Sequence record: OR352945.1
Source: Escherichia phage AV115
Length of the DNA: 64,000 nucleotides
Direction: 5' to 3' (one strand)
Shown: in pieces, positions 40,978 through 50,779 of the stretch
Layout of the letters: each line of letters opens with the position of its first letter
Numbering within the stretch: position 1 is the first letter of the stretch
The notes under the pieces: model-generated
What the model saw: only the letters and a program-made list of their open reading frames with translations
Databases searched by the model: none
Told to the model about the DNA's origin: nothing
Translations under genes and position numbers: made by a program

Positions 40978-43191
40978 TTATTTGGCTGCTTCCACAGCCT
41001 TCATGAATTTAACGATTTGAGCGACCTGTTCTTTTGAAAGAGTACCACGTCGTCCCATGTATTCTGACACAATATGATAATTGGTTTCGAATTCAATAAC
41101 CATTTTATCATCATTATCGTAAGCATTATCTTTAAGCTTATCGAAAATTTTAGCACACAATTCTAACTTCTTATTCAGGTCTGTATTAGTAGCACCTGCG
41201 AATCGATTCCATCCCCAACGATTATTTACTGTTGAGAGTTTTGCAAAATCTTTACTGATTTCTTTGTTCTTAGAGCTAAAATACTTACTAAGGAAGTTAA
41301 GCTCTTCATTACGAGTAATATGATTCAAATAAGGCTGTGCTCTACGACTTGGTGATACATACTCATCATAATCCACTTTATCAATTAGCATAATATAGTC
41401 ATTAATTGATTTTTCGAACAAGCATTCTACTTCACCAAGTTTACGAACTTTCTTAGCAATCTGTGGACGGACTACAGTGAACTCTTTAATACCTGACAAA
41501 TCGGCAATACGAGTCAAGAAATTAGAATCATAGTTCAACCAACCTTTATCTGCGTCAAGACATTCAGCGTTAGAACGATTACGAATTACAACATAACCTT
41601 GAATCTCGTCAGCTTTACCGGCCGGAATAAAGAGATCTTCTGATACCCAAACATCGTTTTCATTCTTAAAGAATCGATGAGCACTTGGCGATTTAGGACG
41701 AGGCTCATTAGTCCGTTTCTTGACTTCAATCCATGGCTTAACGATTTGTAAAAGCTCTGAAGTCTTGTACATGTTAATGTTGTCGCCATCAAAGATAACT
41801 TTAAGGCGTTCCAAAAGTTTCATTGCATCTTCGTCTGTAGGGTCAACGAATAGTATGCTTTTACCAAAACCGCGCGGAACTTTACCAGTTAATTTAACAT
41901 CGTCTTTAGACATTTCAATTGAATTAAGAGCTCGCATTAATGGAACGCGTCCCTTAACGTCGTCAATAACAATTTCAACATTTTTAATGTTAATGCCAAT
42001 CAGACTGTTAATTGAAATAGTCGCCGATGAGCTACCACTTTCACGAATACGACGAAGACGAGGGGATTCAGCTATATCGTATACTACGCCAAGATTACAC
42101 CACTCAGGCCCCATTTTAAAACGTTTGTACAACTCAGAATAAGTTAGTTGTTCTTTAGAGTATTTCAGTGATTCAATATTAGACCCGGCCTTTTCCATGT
42201 ATTTACGAGCGGTATAGCCAAGAGAATCAATTTCACGGAACACATGACGTGGGTATTTACAATCAATCCATTTCTTAGAATCTTCAGCGAACAATTTAGC
42301 ATCAATTTCTGCAACGCGTTTATGGATATTTGCTACTGTACGTTTATCAAATGACAATGCTTCACGAGACGGGGCTACATCTAGTTCACCCATAGGGAAT
42401 TTAATATAAGCTGTAGTGCATCGCGTCATCATCCATGTTTGTTCTTTAATAACACTTCCGATTGGATATACAATACCACCATAAACAGCCATGATATTAC
42501 CACGTTCACCCCATGGAGCTTCCTTGGCTAAATAAACATCATCGAATTCCGGGAAGTATTTGATATCTTTAACACCACGAACTTCTGCAATATCGCCGAG
42601 AGGACGCATAACATAAGCAATTTCGGATGCGAACTTTTCAAAATCTTCTGGGTTAACAGGCACAACTACTTCAACGCCGGTCCGGTCATCAGGACCCATC
42701 TTATCTACGAAGGTCGGCTTAATCTGGGGACCCGTGTCATCTTGGTAGATTACGTAACCACGAACTTCACCGTTGTGATAAGACGTAAGGTTAAACGTAT
42801 CGGTATATGCTAATGGAGCTTTAGAGCCGAGTCCGAATCCACCAATGAAATCGTTACTCGATGTTTTAGTTGAAGCAAAATATGAGTTATAAATTCCTGG
42901 CTCTTTGTCATTACCTCGAATGGTGAAATCACTCATACCCGGTCCAAAATCACGAACTACAAAACGTGGGTCTAAACGACCTGGAGCCTGAACAATAAAC
43001 TTATCAGTGCAACCATTAAGAATTTGCCCATCAATACAGTTTGTGATTAATTCACGTACACAAGCCAATTCTTTGTTTGTATAAAGGTCATTAGACAAAA
43101 TCTTATAAACTTTGCTATTGCCTTGAATAGTAAATGCTGTGCTCTTACCGCCTGAACCAATAATCGTTTCTTTAGCCGTTTCGATAATCAT
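40978..43191 (-). CDS. rIIA: rIIA protein
   Basis: 737 aa; T4 rIIA length and synteny with rIIB. Confidence 0.9.
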   Translation of the reverse strand: MIIETAKETIIGSGGKSTAFTIQGNSKVYKILSNDLYTNKELACVRELITNCIDGQILNGCTDKFIVQAPGRLDPRFVVRDFGPGMSDFTIRGNDKEPGIYNSYFASTKTSSNDFIGGFGLGSKAPLAYTDTFNLTSYHNGEVRGYVIYQDDTGPQIKPTFVDKMGPDDRTGVEVVVPVNPEDFEKFASEIAYVMRPLGDIAEVRGVKDIKYFPEFDDVYLAKEAPWGERGNIMAVYGGIVYPIGSVIKEQTWMMTRCTTAYIKFPMGELDVAPSREALSFDKRTVANIHKRVAEIDAKLFAEDSKKWIDCKYPRHVFREIDSLGYTARKYMEKAGSNIESLKYSKEQLTYSELYKRFKMGPEWCNLGVVYDIAESPRLRRIRESGSSSATISINSLIGINIKNVEIVIDDVKGRVPLMRALNSIEMSKDDVKLTGKVPRGFGKSILFVDPTDEDAMKLLERLKVIFDGDNINMYKTSELLQIVKPWIEVKKRTNEPRPKSPSAHRFFKNENDVWVSEDLFIPAGKADEIQGYVVIRNRSNAECLDADKGWLNYDSNFLTRIADLSGIKEFTVVRPQIAKKVRKLGEVECLFEKSINDYIMLIDKVDYDEYVSPSRRAQPYLNHITRNEELNFLSKYFSSKNKEISKDFAKLSTVNNRWGWNRFAGATNTDLNKKLELCAKIFDKLKDNAYDNDDKMVIEFETNYHIVSEYMGRRGTLSKEQVAQIVKFMKAVEAAK

Positions 43192-43203
43192 GTTTTTCTC
43201 TCA

Positions 43204-43434
43204 TCACAAGTTACGTTTAAAAATTTCTGCCACTTCGAGAAGTTCTTCTTTAGTAGCTGTGTCGGTTTGTATTTTATATCGAATTTCCTTAAAGCGTTCT
43301 TTAAAGGCTTCAGCTGATTCGATATCAAAAAATCTTTGGATAAGCCGGAATTCCCGGAGCACTGCTTTATCAAAAAGTTCCAAGTCCACGTTATATGTTC
43401 TCATAATATTCTCTTCAGTAGATTCCTGAGGCAC
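43204..43434 (-). CDS. rIIA.1-like small protein
   Basis: 76-aa ORF immediately upstream of rIIA. Confidence 0.5.
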   Translation of the reverse strand: MPQESTEENIMRTYNVDLELFDKAVLREFRLIQRFFDIESAEAFKERFKEIRYKIQTDTATKEELLEVAEIFKRNL

Positions 43435-43496
43435 TATTACTAAAGACCATATAATCTATCATCTTATGTGTAATAGTGCCTCAGGCGATTCAGGAT

Positions 43497-44597
43497 TTAC
43501 GCTGTGAAGATTTTATCCCACATCGCAACAACTGCATCTCGATTATACTTCTTCCATACTGCTTCAGCACGTTTAACTCGAGCTTCGTATGTGTCAGTGA
43601 ATTCTAATACAGCTTTTGTGTAAAGCGCAACTACTTCTTTCTTAGGAGTAGAGGAATCAATTTCTACACGCACAGTATCTGGGTCGTATTCAAATGTCGC
43701 ATGAGGATAATCCTTAAAAACTAACTGGATTACAGGGACACCTTTAGAGATGGCTTCAATAGAACTATTCTCTACCGTACCTGTGTCAGGACACGTATTA
43801 ATAAGTGCTTTAGCTGTTTTAAGACGTTCCATGATTTCACTATGTGGAGCATCAATAATAACAGGATACTTAGCCGGTGGTGCCCATTTACTAGGACAGT
43901 ATCCTGCACCATTTTCGCCTAGTGCTTTAATCGCTTCAAGAGCAACATCAGTGCGACGCATTTTAGTGTCATAACGTTGGGCACTAATAATCAAATCAGT
44001 TGCTGGGAGAACTTCTGGCTTTTCGGTCAAACAAATAACCGGGTAGTCATCATGTTCAAATAATGGATTTTCACGCCAGTAATCATAATCAATGCTATCA
44101 GTAAGAGCTGAAGTCATATGGCAATATTTACGTTCAAATTCACGGAATGCTTTAGTAGGAGCATAGCTCTTACCACCGTATTTGTGGGTAAGAATAGTTT
44201 GTTTCCAAATTTCTACAATACCGCGAGATACAGGCTCAAATGGAGTTGCCATAAAATTTCTATGAACACTGGATAAACCGGCATCTTTAATTGCGTTAAC
44301 AGTTAGTTTAGTCGGTTCCATAGTAACAACAAAATCGTATTCATGGATGCCGGCTAGTTCAACAATCTTACGAGCCATAGTATAACTCATACCTAGACTG
44401 AATTTAGTCAGATGACCAACAGGATGATGATTAACTTTCCAGTCACCAAACGTGTCATTATCAAAGCCGATATAATCAATATCAGCACCGATGGACACAA
44501 GATATTTCAACACATTTAAATGTACTGCTTCAAGGCCACCTTGTACACGGTCAGGATTAAATGGGACTGCACGAGATGGGATAAACATAACTTTCAT
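43497..44597 (-). CDS. putative GT-B fold glycosyltransferase (366 aa)
   Basis: N-terminal MKVMFIPSRAVPFNPDRVQGGLEAV and C-terminal GTVENSSIEAISKGVPVIQ resemble GT4-type motifs; no T4 counterpart recalled at this locus. Confidence 0.6.
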   Translation of the reverse strand: MKVMFIPSRAVPFNPDRVQGGLEAVHLNVLKYLVSIGADIDYIGFDNDTFGDWKVNHHPVGHLTKFSLGMSYTMARKIVELAGIHEYDFVVTMEPTKLTVNAIKDAGLSSVHRNFMATPFEPVSRGIVEIWKQTILTHKYGGKSYAPTKAFREFERKYCHMTSALTDSIDYDYWRENPLFEHDDYPVICLTEKPEVLPATDLIISAQRYDTKMRRTDVALEAIKALGENGAGYCPSKWAPPAKYPVIIDAPHSEIMERLKTAKALINTCPDTGTVENSSIEAISKGVPVIQLVFKDYPHATFEYDPDTVRVEIDSSTPKKEVVALYTKAVLEFTDTYEARVKRAEAVWKKYNRDAVVAMWDKIFTA

Positions 44598-44624
44598 AAT
44601 TAAGCCTTATTAAAATTAAAATGA

Positions 44625-44640
44625 AGCTCCCGAAGGAGCT
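44625..44640 (-). terminator. UUCG hairpin between HNH gene and glycosyltransferase gene
   Basis: AGCUCC-UUCG-GGAGCU on minus transcript. Confidence 0.35.
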
Positions 44641-45437
44641 TAGGACATCCAACACATTTTATAACCTTTGCAGGTTCTGTTAGGATTATTTAATGCTTTC
44701 AATATATTAGAAGACCCTATATCTAAATACTCCCTTAATTCATAAAGATAGTTAAAATCAATAGTTTCACCTGTTTTTACACTTGTGATTCTTATAGGCC
44801 TTCTTTCATATTTAGATTTATACAACTCTCTAGTCTTAGCTTTAGTTTCTTCTGACCTAGGAGTGTATGGTTTAAATCCTTTTGTTTTAAATGTTTCCAT
44901 TCTTGATTTAGTTATTTTATCCTGGTGTTCTTTTGTTTTTACAGGTGCTTTTCGCCCATTCTCCCAAGATAACTTGTTGGCCTGTATTATTTTATCTATT
45001 GCTTCTTGCGTATGAGTTTTACCATAAAATGGATTTAATTCGCCTATACGTTGTGAAGCAATATGTGACATTAATTCTCTTGTTGCTTTAGTATGTTTTT
45101 TACCTTTAAATGGATTGCCATTTTTAGCAATCCATTCTTTCATAAATCTAGAGTGCTCTTTAGAGAATTCTTGTTTAAGCCAATCATAATCTCTAGAATT
45201 TCTAGCTCCCATGTAAAAAGCTCTAATAGCCATAAGCATAGAACGGTTCTTATGAATTTTATAAAGCAATAAATGGGCGATAAAATGCTCTCTAGGGGTC
45301 ATTTTAACTAGATTTGATTTAGCATTACTCCCACCCATAGATTTAGGCAAAATATGGTGAGTTTCAGTATAATTAGGAATAGTGCTGCGGTTTTTAGCCG
45401 CAGCGATAAGTTTATCATAAATTTTACGATAATTCAT
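44640..45437 (-). CDS. HNH homing endonuclease (mobA-like position, 265 aa)
   Basis: THHILPKSMGGSNAKSNLVKMTPREHFIAH motif and NPFYG/NPFKG repeats; ATG overlaps gene 39 stop as TAATG. Confidence 0.75.
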   Translation of the reverse strand: MNYRKIYDKLIAAAKNRSTIPNYTETHHILPKSMGGSNAKSNLVKMTPREHFIAHLLLYKIHKNRSMLMAIRAFYMGARNSRDYDWLKQEFSKEHSRFMKEWIAKNGNPFKGKKHTKATRELMSHIASQRIGELNPFYGKTHTQEAIDKIIQANKLSWENGRKAPVKTKEHQDKITKSRMETFKTKGFKPYTPRSEETKAKTRELYKSKYERRPIRITSVKTGETIDFNYLYELREYLDIGSSNILKALNNPNRTCKGYKMCWMS

Positions 45438-47260
45438 TATCCTAGCATCCAATCTTTACGGAGTTCAGGGTCGTTACCCATGAGCATTTCAAATAGTTCT
45501 TTCCAATTTTCAGGAAGTTTAACTACGTCGTACACAGGGTTTTGAATCATTTCTTTATATTCATCCCGCTGAAGTGAGCCCAATCCCTTGATGTATCGAA
45601 TACTATGCTTAGGCAGTGTATCTTTAACTTCTTCATACTCAGCTACAGTATAAAACCATTTTTGAGTTTTGCCAATTTGTGCAATAATTACAGGCGTTTT
45701 AACAAAGCGAATACGTCCTTGTTCAAACAATTCAGGCCAATTACTAAAGAAAGCAAGCAAAGCCGGATAAATACTTCCAAGGCCGTCATGATCGGCATCG
45801 GTCATAATTGCAATATTACGGTAGTTCGTATTCTCTGCCTTTTCACCAAGAATAAGACCGGTGATAGCACAGATATCAAAGAGCTCTTTGTTCTTCATCA
45901 TATCAGCATATGACATACCCCAGCTATTCATCACCTTACCACGTAATGGGAATCCGCCGTGTAGTTCACGGTCACGAACATCAATGAGATAACCAATTGC
46001 AGAATCACCTTCTGTTAAGAACAATGTCGTATCTGCATCTTTACCGCATTGGTTAGCTTTAATATGCTTATGAACCTTAGCTTTAGTTGCCTTTTTAGCT
46101 GCTTTAGTTTCTGCAGCCTTTTCTGCTGCCAATTTACGAGCTAATGCGGCTTCAATTATAGGCATTAAAACTGCTTCAGAATTCAAAATATTTTTTGCCA
46201 ATTTTTTTGTATCTAATTTAATATGCGTCCGAATTTCGCCATAAGGACTTGTTAAACGCTCTTTGGTTTGGGAATCAAAACGAAGGTTCTTCATTCCACG
46301 AACGAACATTAAGAGAGTGAGACATTCCTTGATGCGCGCTTTAGTCACGTCGATTTTATATTTGCGTTTAATAGCCGGAATTAATTCTTCGCAAATGTCG
46401 TCCATCACACATTCAATGTGATGACCACCGTTTTTGGTATGGATGTTATTCACATAAGTTAAATGACGGAAGCCATCTGGTGACCGTCCAATGGCAATAG
46501 AGCATCCGTCTTGTTCTTGAATGATGGTCTCTTCATCAAATTGTTTAGCAAACTTCTTAAAGTTACCTTGAATCTTTTTGCCATTAAATTTAAATTCAAT
46601 ACCAGGATAAACGACCGCCAATGTTTGGAGCCGGTCTATAGTAATATCTTGGTATATTTTTTCAAATTGATTCATTTCAAAATGTGAGAAATCAGGAATA
46701 AACTCGACCTTAGTACCGTTGTTTTTAGACGGCTTAGATTTCCAAGAAATATTATCAGCGTTATTAGAACAATTAACGGTCAATTCATTTTTACCATCTG
46801 AAGTAGTGCCAACAAAAGAGACAGAAAAAATATTTGTTAATGAAGAACCGACACCGTTTTGTCCACCCGTAACACGTTCTTTGTCGTCACCAAAGTTGCC
46901 ACCGGCTTTTGTACGTGTCCACGCCGCAACTGGTCCTGGAATTTCTTCTCCTTCAGGAGTAATAACTGTTTCTTGAGGAATACCTCGACCATTATCTTCA
47001 ACAGTCACTTTATTAGAATTTAAATCAATACTAACGGAAATTTTATTAGCATATTTGAAATTGGTTCGAATAGCTTCGTCTACTGAGTTGTCAATAATTT
47101 CATCAATTAATTTGAGAACACCTGCAACATATTTAACCTTTTTAAATTCACCGAATAGGAAACGTTCTTGTTCTTCATTGGCAACACTTCCAATATACAT
47201 GCCAGGACGCTTCAAACAATGCTCTTTATCAGATAGCATTTCAATTTTATTATCAATCAT
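45437..47260 (-). CDS. 39: DNA topoisomerase II large subunit gp39, unsplit 39+60 form
   Basis: 607 aa from ATG 47258-47260; GyrB-like ATPase and Toprim regions in one ORF. Confidence 0.9.
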   Translation of the reverse strand: MIDNKIEMLSDKEHCLKRPGMYIGSVANEEQERFLFGEFKKVKYVAGVLKLIDEIIDNSVDEAIRTNFKYANKISVSIDLNSNKVTVEDNGRGIPQETVITPEGEEIPGPVAAWTRTKAGGNFGDDKERVTGGQNGVGSSLTNIFSVSFVGTTSDGKNELTVNCSNNADNISWKSKPSKNNGTKVEFIPDFSHFEMNQFEKIYQDITIDRLQTLAVVYPGIEFKFNGKKIQGNFKKFAKQFDEETIIQEQDGCSIAIGRSPDGFRHLTYVNNIHTKNGGHHIECVMDDICEELIPAIKRKYKIDVTKARIKECLTLLMFVRGMKNLRFDSQTKERLTSPYGEIRTHIKLDTKKLAKNILNSEAVLMPIIEAALARKLAAEKAAETKAAKKATKAKVHKHIKANQCGKDADTTLFLTEGDSAIGYLIDVRDRELHGGFPLRGKVMNSWGMSYADMMKNKELFDICAITGLILGEKAENTNYRNIAIMTDADHDGLGSIYPALLAFFSNWPELFEQGRIRFVKTPVIIAQIGKTQKWFYTVAEYEEVKDTLPKHSIRYIKGLGSLQRDEYKEMIQNPVYDVVKLPENWKELFEMLMGNDPELRKDWMLG

Positions 47261-47936
47261 TAGATTTTCTCTCAAATTGCATGACTATATTTTTGTATGA
47301 ACCTTCCGGAAATCCACGTTTAATGCTTTCTTTAGCAAATTTCCCAACCTTTGGTTTATCCAATTCTAACCATAATTTATATAAAGCAGATTCATATTCC
47401 CATACAGGACTTTTACGATTTTTAAGCCCACACTTTATAAGCGCTTCCTTTGTATGTTTCTTATTATAAAATGGATTGTTTTTGCCACTCATTGCTTTAG
47501 AATGTTCCGGGCGCTTAATTCCATACATCGGATTAAGATCGCCTTTCTTGATAACGGATTGTAGTTCAATAGTTTCTTCAGAGTGATTGTGTCCATAAAA
47601 TGGATTTAACTCTTTTGAAACATCCATACCAAAGCACCCATCGACTGTGGCATAAGACATGTTGAAAAATTTTTCAGATTTAACCACATTATGCAATTTC
47701 TGGTAATACAACTCACAAAACGTCGCTTCTTCCCGTGTATCAAATTCGCCAATAATACATGAATCAAATAAATGAGGATTATCTTTTATCTCTTTATCAT
47801 AAATTTGTTTATATTTTTTCGACTTTACCGTACCATGATAGTGATTGTTTGTATGTTTATCAAGATAAGTAGACCCTATATAAAACGGTGGCAACTTATC
47901 GCCTGTGTATATTGTTAAGTATGTTATGTATTTCAT
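47253..47936 (-). CDS. GIY-YIG-like homing endonuclease (seg-like, 227 aa)
   Basis: N-terminal YITYLTIYTGDKLPPFYIGST and repeated NPFYG/NPMYG/NPFYN motifs; overlaps gene 39 start. Confidence 0.65.
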   Translation of the reverse strand: MKYITYLTIYTGDKLPPFYIGSTYLDKHTNNHYHGTVKSKKYKQIYDKEIKDNPHLFDSCIIGEFDTREEATFCELYYQKLHNVVKSEKFFNMSYATVDGCFGMDVSKELNPFYGHNHSEETIELQSVIKKGDLNPMYGIKRPEHSKAMSGKNNPFYNKKHTKEALIKCGLKNRKSPVWEYESALYKLWLELDKPKVGKFAKESIKRGFPEGSYKNIVMQFERKSND

Positions 47937-47970
47937 AAAGGTATTCTATCATCCGAAATCTAAAGCAAAA

Positions 47971-47984
47971 AGGGCCGAAGCCCT
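47971..47984 (-). terminator. UUCG hairpin
   Basis: AGGGC-UUCG-GCCCU then U-rich tract on minus transcript. Confidence 0.45.
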
Positions 47985-48406
47985 TATTTAAATTTAATTT
48001 TCTGAAGTGCATCAATTGCAGCCAAACGCCCTTGTTCACTTTTAACTGTAACGACCACATCGCCTGATACGATCACCGAACCATCAACAAATTCTATAGA
48101 GCCTTTTTTGAAATCGACAGCTGTATCTGGTTCCGGAACTTCTTCAAAGAATTTAAATTCTGCACCATAAAGCAGAATATCACCTTGCATACTAATGATT
48201 GTACGTCCAGGTCCATCGGTTTCAGCGGCAATAATCGAAACGCCGTAACCAATCATCTCTTCCACAATAAAATCTTTGGACAATAAAGTAGTATGCAGAT
48301 TAGTATTAAGACGTTTACCAGTCGTATTAAGAATTCTCAAGAAATTATCTTCTTGTCCTTTGATAATACGATATTTCTTACCAACTTCAAAACCTTTAAA
48401 AGCCAT
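47984..48406 (-). CDS. hypothetical protein (140 aa)
   Basis: ORF followed by hairpin at 47971-47984. Confidence 0.45.
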   Translation of the reverse strand: MAFKGFEVGKKYRIIKGQEDNFLRILNTTGKRLNTNLHTTLLSKDFIVEEMIGYGVSIIAAETDGPGRTIISMQGDILLYGAEFKFFEEVPEPDTAVDFKKGSIEFVDGSVIVSGDVVVTVKSEQGRLAAIDALQKIKFK

Positions 48407-48408
48407 AA

Positions 48409-48588
48409 TTAACCCTTCTTAAGTAAGTCGTAAAAACCACCGTTCACATGTTTAGGAGCAGAAACCCGACGAGTAGACAGACGATGACATTCAGGGCAAA
48501 CATCGTTTTCTCGTTCAGAAATTCTTTTAATTTTTTCATATTCATGACCACAATCTTCAGATTGACATTTATAGTCGTATAACGGCAT
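48409..48588 (-). CDS. FmdB-like zinc-ribbon protein (59 aa)
   Basis: Hand-translated: [18 protein letters not shown]...CPECH; ATG overlaps upstream stop (TAATG); below track size cut-off. Confidence 0.5.
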   Translation of the reverse strand: MPLYDYKCQSEDCGHEYEKIKRISERENDVCPECHRLSTRRVSAPKHVNGGFYDLLKKG

Positions 48589-49019
48589 TATTGTTCCTTA
48601 AAGTGAGCTTTCAACATTTGATACAAAGACCATGCCTGGTCGTTATTTTCGATAGTAATCGTCATCACCGGAAATTCAGACAATTCATCAAGTTCACCAG
48701 AATCTTGCTCTTCGGACGCTTGATATGGATTTCCAACTTCGTCAAAGAATTCTGCTTCATTCGTGGAGAGCCAGATAAAGTTTTCATCAAGGATATCACC
48801 GCCTGTTGCGTATCCAACCGTGCCGGTAGATGTCACAATTTTAGTAGGACGACCAAGATGGTCAACATCTAATACTTTAAATGGTTCCATGCCAAGACGT
48901 CGTGCATAAATCCCATTATCAGTGTGGTCTTTAATAAACTCTTCTTGGACACGTTTATCTTTAAATTGATACCACGAGTTAACGCAGAATTTATTAGCCA
49001 TTAGTAAGTTTCCTTCCAA
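48588..49019 (-). CDS. hypothetical protein (143 aa)
   Basis: ORF only. Confidence 0.45.
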   Translation of the reverse strand: MEGNLLMANKFCVNSWYQFKDKRVQEEFIKDHTDNGIYARRLGMEPFKVLDVDHLGRPTKIVTSTGTVGYATGGDILDENFIWLSTNEAEFFDEVGNPYQASEEQDSGELDELSEFPVMTITIENNDQAWSLYQMLKAHFKEQ

Positions 49020-49273
49020 TAAGTTGTACCATTTTCAGTGATTTCACGGAAGATACCATAGATAGGCATTTCATCGCCTAGTTTTTCGTAAACGTAAACC
49101 ACTTCAGTGTAGCATAAAAATTCAGTCCAGTTTTTCTGTACAACAACTAAATCAGGATTAAACAGAACATCTTCAAACTCATCGATGTTTGAATCAGTAG
49201 TTACGTTTTTAATGATTTGACGTTTCATAATATTCTCCTCTTGTTTTGATAGGTCTATAGTATCATAGACCAT
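49001..49273 (-). CDS. hypothetical protein (90 aa)
   Basis: ORF only. Confidence 0.4.
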   Translation of the reverse strand: MVYDTIDLSKQEENIMKRQIIKNVTTDSNIDEFEDVLFNPDLVVVQKNWTEFLCYTEVVYVYEKLGDEMPIYGIFREITENGTTYWKETY

Positions 49274-49285
49274 AGTTGTTGTACA

Positions 49286-49810
49286 TCATTTTAGCAAAAT
49301 AAAATCAACTTGTTCTGCCAATGAACGTCTAAACATTAATTGACAACTTCCGAGGATGAAATCAGGTGCTTCATAGACCGCGATGTAGTATCCTTTAGCT
49401 TTCAAGAGTTCAACATCCACCTGGTCATCAAACCATGCATAAACCGCGTCAACACTTTCAAATCCAAAATAGAACCCTTGAGCCCAATCTTCACTCAATT
49501 CAAATGTGTTCTCAATTCTATAATATCTTAAGATATTTTGTTCAAGGAGTTTGTCTTCATTTATTGTAGGACGATTAGGGACATTATAGTTGTCGCCGTG
49601 ATGGTAGAAGTTACCCGAGATTATTCCATGCTTATCAAGGAACTCCCATGTTTCTTCAGAGTTGTCGGTGCCCGACCAACCGTATGGCGAACGAGGTTCT
49701 TTATTCCAAGAGGTTTCCCAAATTCTGACGGCTTTACCGTCTTCGATAGCAATTCCTGGTAATGATTCACGTTGAGTACAAAAACTACGTTCTACGCGGT
49801 AAACTAACAT
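49286..49810 (-). CDS. hypothetical protein (174 aa)
   Basis: ORF downstream of early promoter at 49832-49866. Confidence 0.45.
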   Translation of the reverse strand: MLVYRVERSFCTQRESLPGIAIEDGKAVRIWETSWNKEPRSPYGWSGTDNSEETWEFLDKHGIISGNFYHHGDNYNVPNRPTINEDKLLEQNILRYYRIENTFELSEDWAQGFYFGFESVDAVYAWFDDQVDVELLKAKGYYIAVYEAPDFILGSCQLMFRRSLAEQVDFILLK

Positions 49811-49831
49811 ATTATTCTCCTCTGGTTGATA

Positions 49832-49866
49832 TGGTTATAATATCAAAACCAGAGGAGAAGTAAACA
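49832..49866 (-). promoter_or_regulatory. T4-type early promoter
   Basis: Minus strand GTTTAC, 17 nt, TATTAT. Confidence 0.5.
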
Positions 49867-49869
49867 ACT

Positions 49870-50289
49870 TTATGCAAAAGATGCTGGACAATATTTTTTG
49901 ATTTGGAACTCAGGAACTACCATGAACTGTCCAGCAAAAACAATGTTATAAAGCTTGACGCCATCTTCAACCCATTGGTCCGAAATAAAACCAGCAACTT
50001 GATTCGTTGTCCATGGAGACCCATCAGTTGCGGCAGCAATAGTAAATTCATGGTCTTTTACAACTAAAACTGACCTGCACAGTTTCCATTTGAACGCTTT
50101 TTCTTCTGGTTCAATGAACTGGCTTGAGACGTAACCAATGTTACCATTAACATCTCGAACTTTAACTTCGTTACGTCCAAAAACCGGATCACTCACAGAA
50201 AGAACTTCAACCAACTTCCCGGCAACTTTAGAGCGAGAAGCAACAGATACATATACGTAATCACCTGTAGAGAGATTCACAATATTCAT
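49870..50289 (-). CDS. hypothetical protein, tandem paralogue A (139 aa)
   Basis: Shares SxASRSKxAG, EVKVR, FKWxLC and GFISDQWVEDGxKLYNIVF blocks with the next ORF. Confidence 0.5.
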   Translation of the reverse strand: MNIVNLSTGDYVYVSVASRSKVAGKLVEVLSVSDPVFGRNEVKVRDVNGNIGYVSSQFIEPEEKAFKWKLCRSVLVVKDHEFTIAAATDGSPWTTNQVAGFISDQWVEDGVKLYNIVFAGQFMVVPEFQIKKYCPASFA

Positions 50290-50298
50290 AATAATTCC

Positions 50299-50754
50299 TT
50301 AAGCTTTACGAGGAGACACATAGCGAGTGATTTCAGATTCTTTAACAACTCGGAAGTCACCTAAGAATACAATATTGTATAACTTTTCACCATCTTCAAC
50401 CCATTGGTCGCTAATGAAGCCACACATAGTATCAGTTTTGCTTGGATAACCGTATTCATCGATGAAGTCAAATTCTTTATCAGTCTGGAATTCAACACCT
50501 TTACACAAGGCCCATTTGAACTGTACATTAGGTTCAGTAGAAGCAGATGGAGCGCTCACACGAGTTTCCAGGAATTTAGGACTTACGTAAGCGTACTGAG
50601 TATCCTGACGTCCAAAACTAGGAATGATTCGAACTTTAACTTCTTTAATACGTCCCATGCCATTTGTGCGAAGTCCGACAACTTCAACCAGACGACCTGC
50701 AGCTTTAGAACGAGAAGCTGTCGATACACGTTTAATTTCACCAATATTAATCAT
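50299..50754 (-). CDS. hypothetical protein, tandem paralogue B (151 aa)
   Basis: Start moved to ATG 50752-50754 (GAGAGA RBS) because early promoter at 50780-50815 covers the track start. Confidence 0.5.
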   Translation of the reverse strand: MINIGEIKRVSTASRSKAAGRLVEVVGLRTNGMGRIKEVKVRIIPSFGRQDTQYAYVSPKFLETRVSAPSASTEPNVQFKWALCKGVEFQTDKEFDFIDEYGYPSKTDTMCGFISDQWVEDGEKLYNIVFLGDFRVVKESEITRYVSPRKA

Positions 50755-50779
50755 ATTTTTTCTCTCTTTGTTTAAGTTG

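Noticed and set aside
41586-42142. ORFs on both strands inside rIIA
   Set aside because: Embedded in a long conserved coding gene; no independent start signals.
45438-45452. N-terminal extension MDARI of the HNH ORF, and similar non-ATG extensions (16100-16105 of I-TevI, 21113-21130 of dsbA, 57663-57677 of gene 56, 47261-47275 of gene 39, 8174-8236 of the alc candidate)
   Set aside because: These begin at TTG or GTG inside the upstream gene; ATG plus Shine-Dalgarno and homologue N-termini support the shorter forms.
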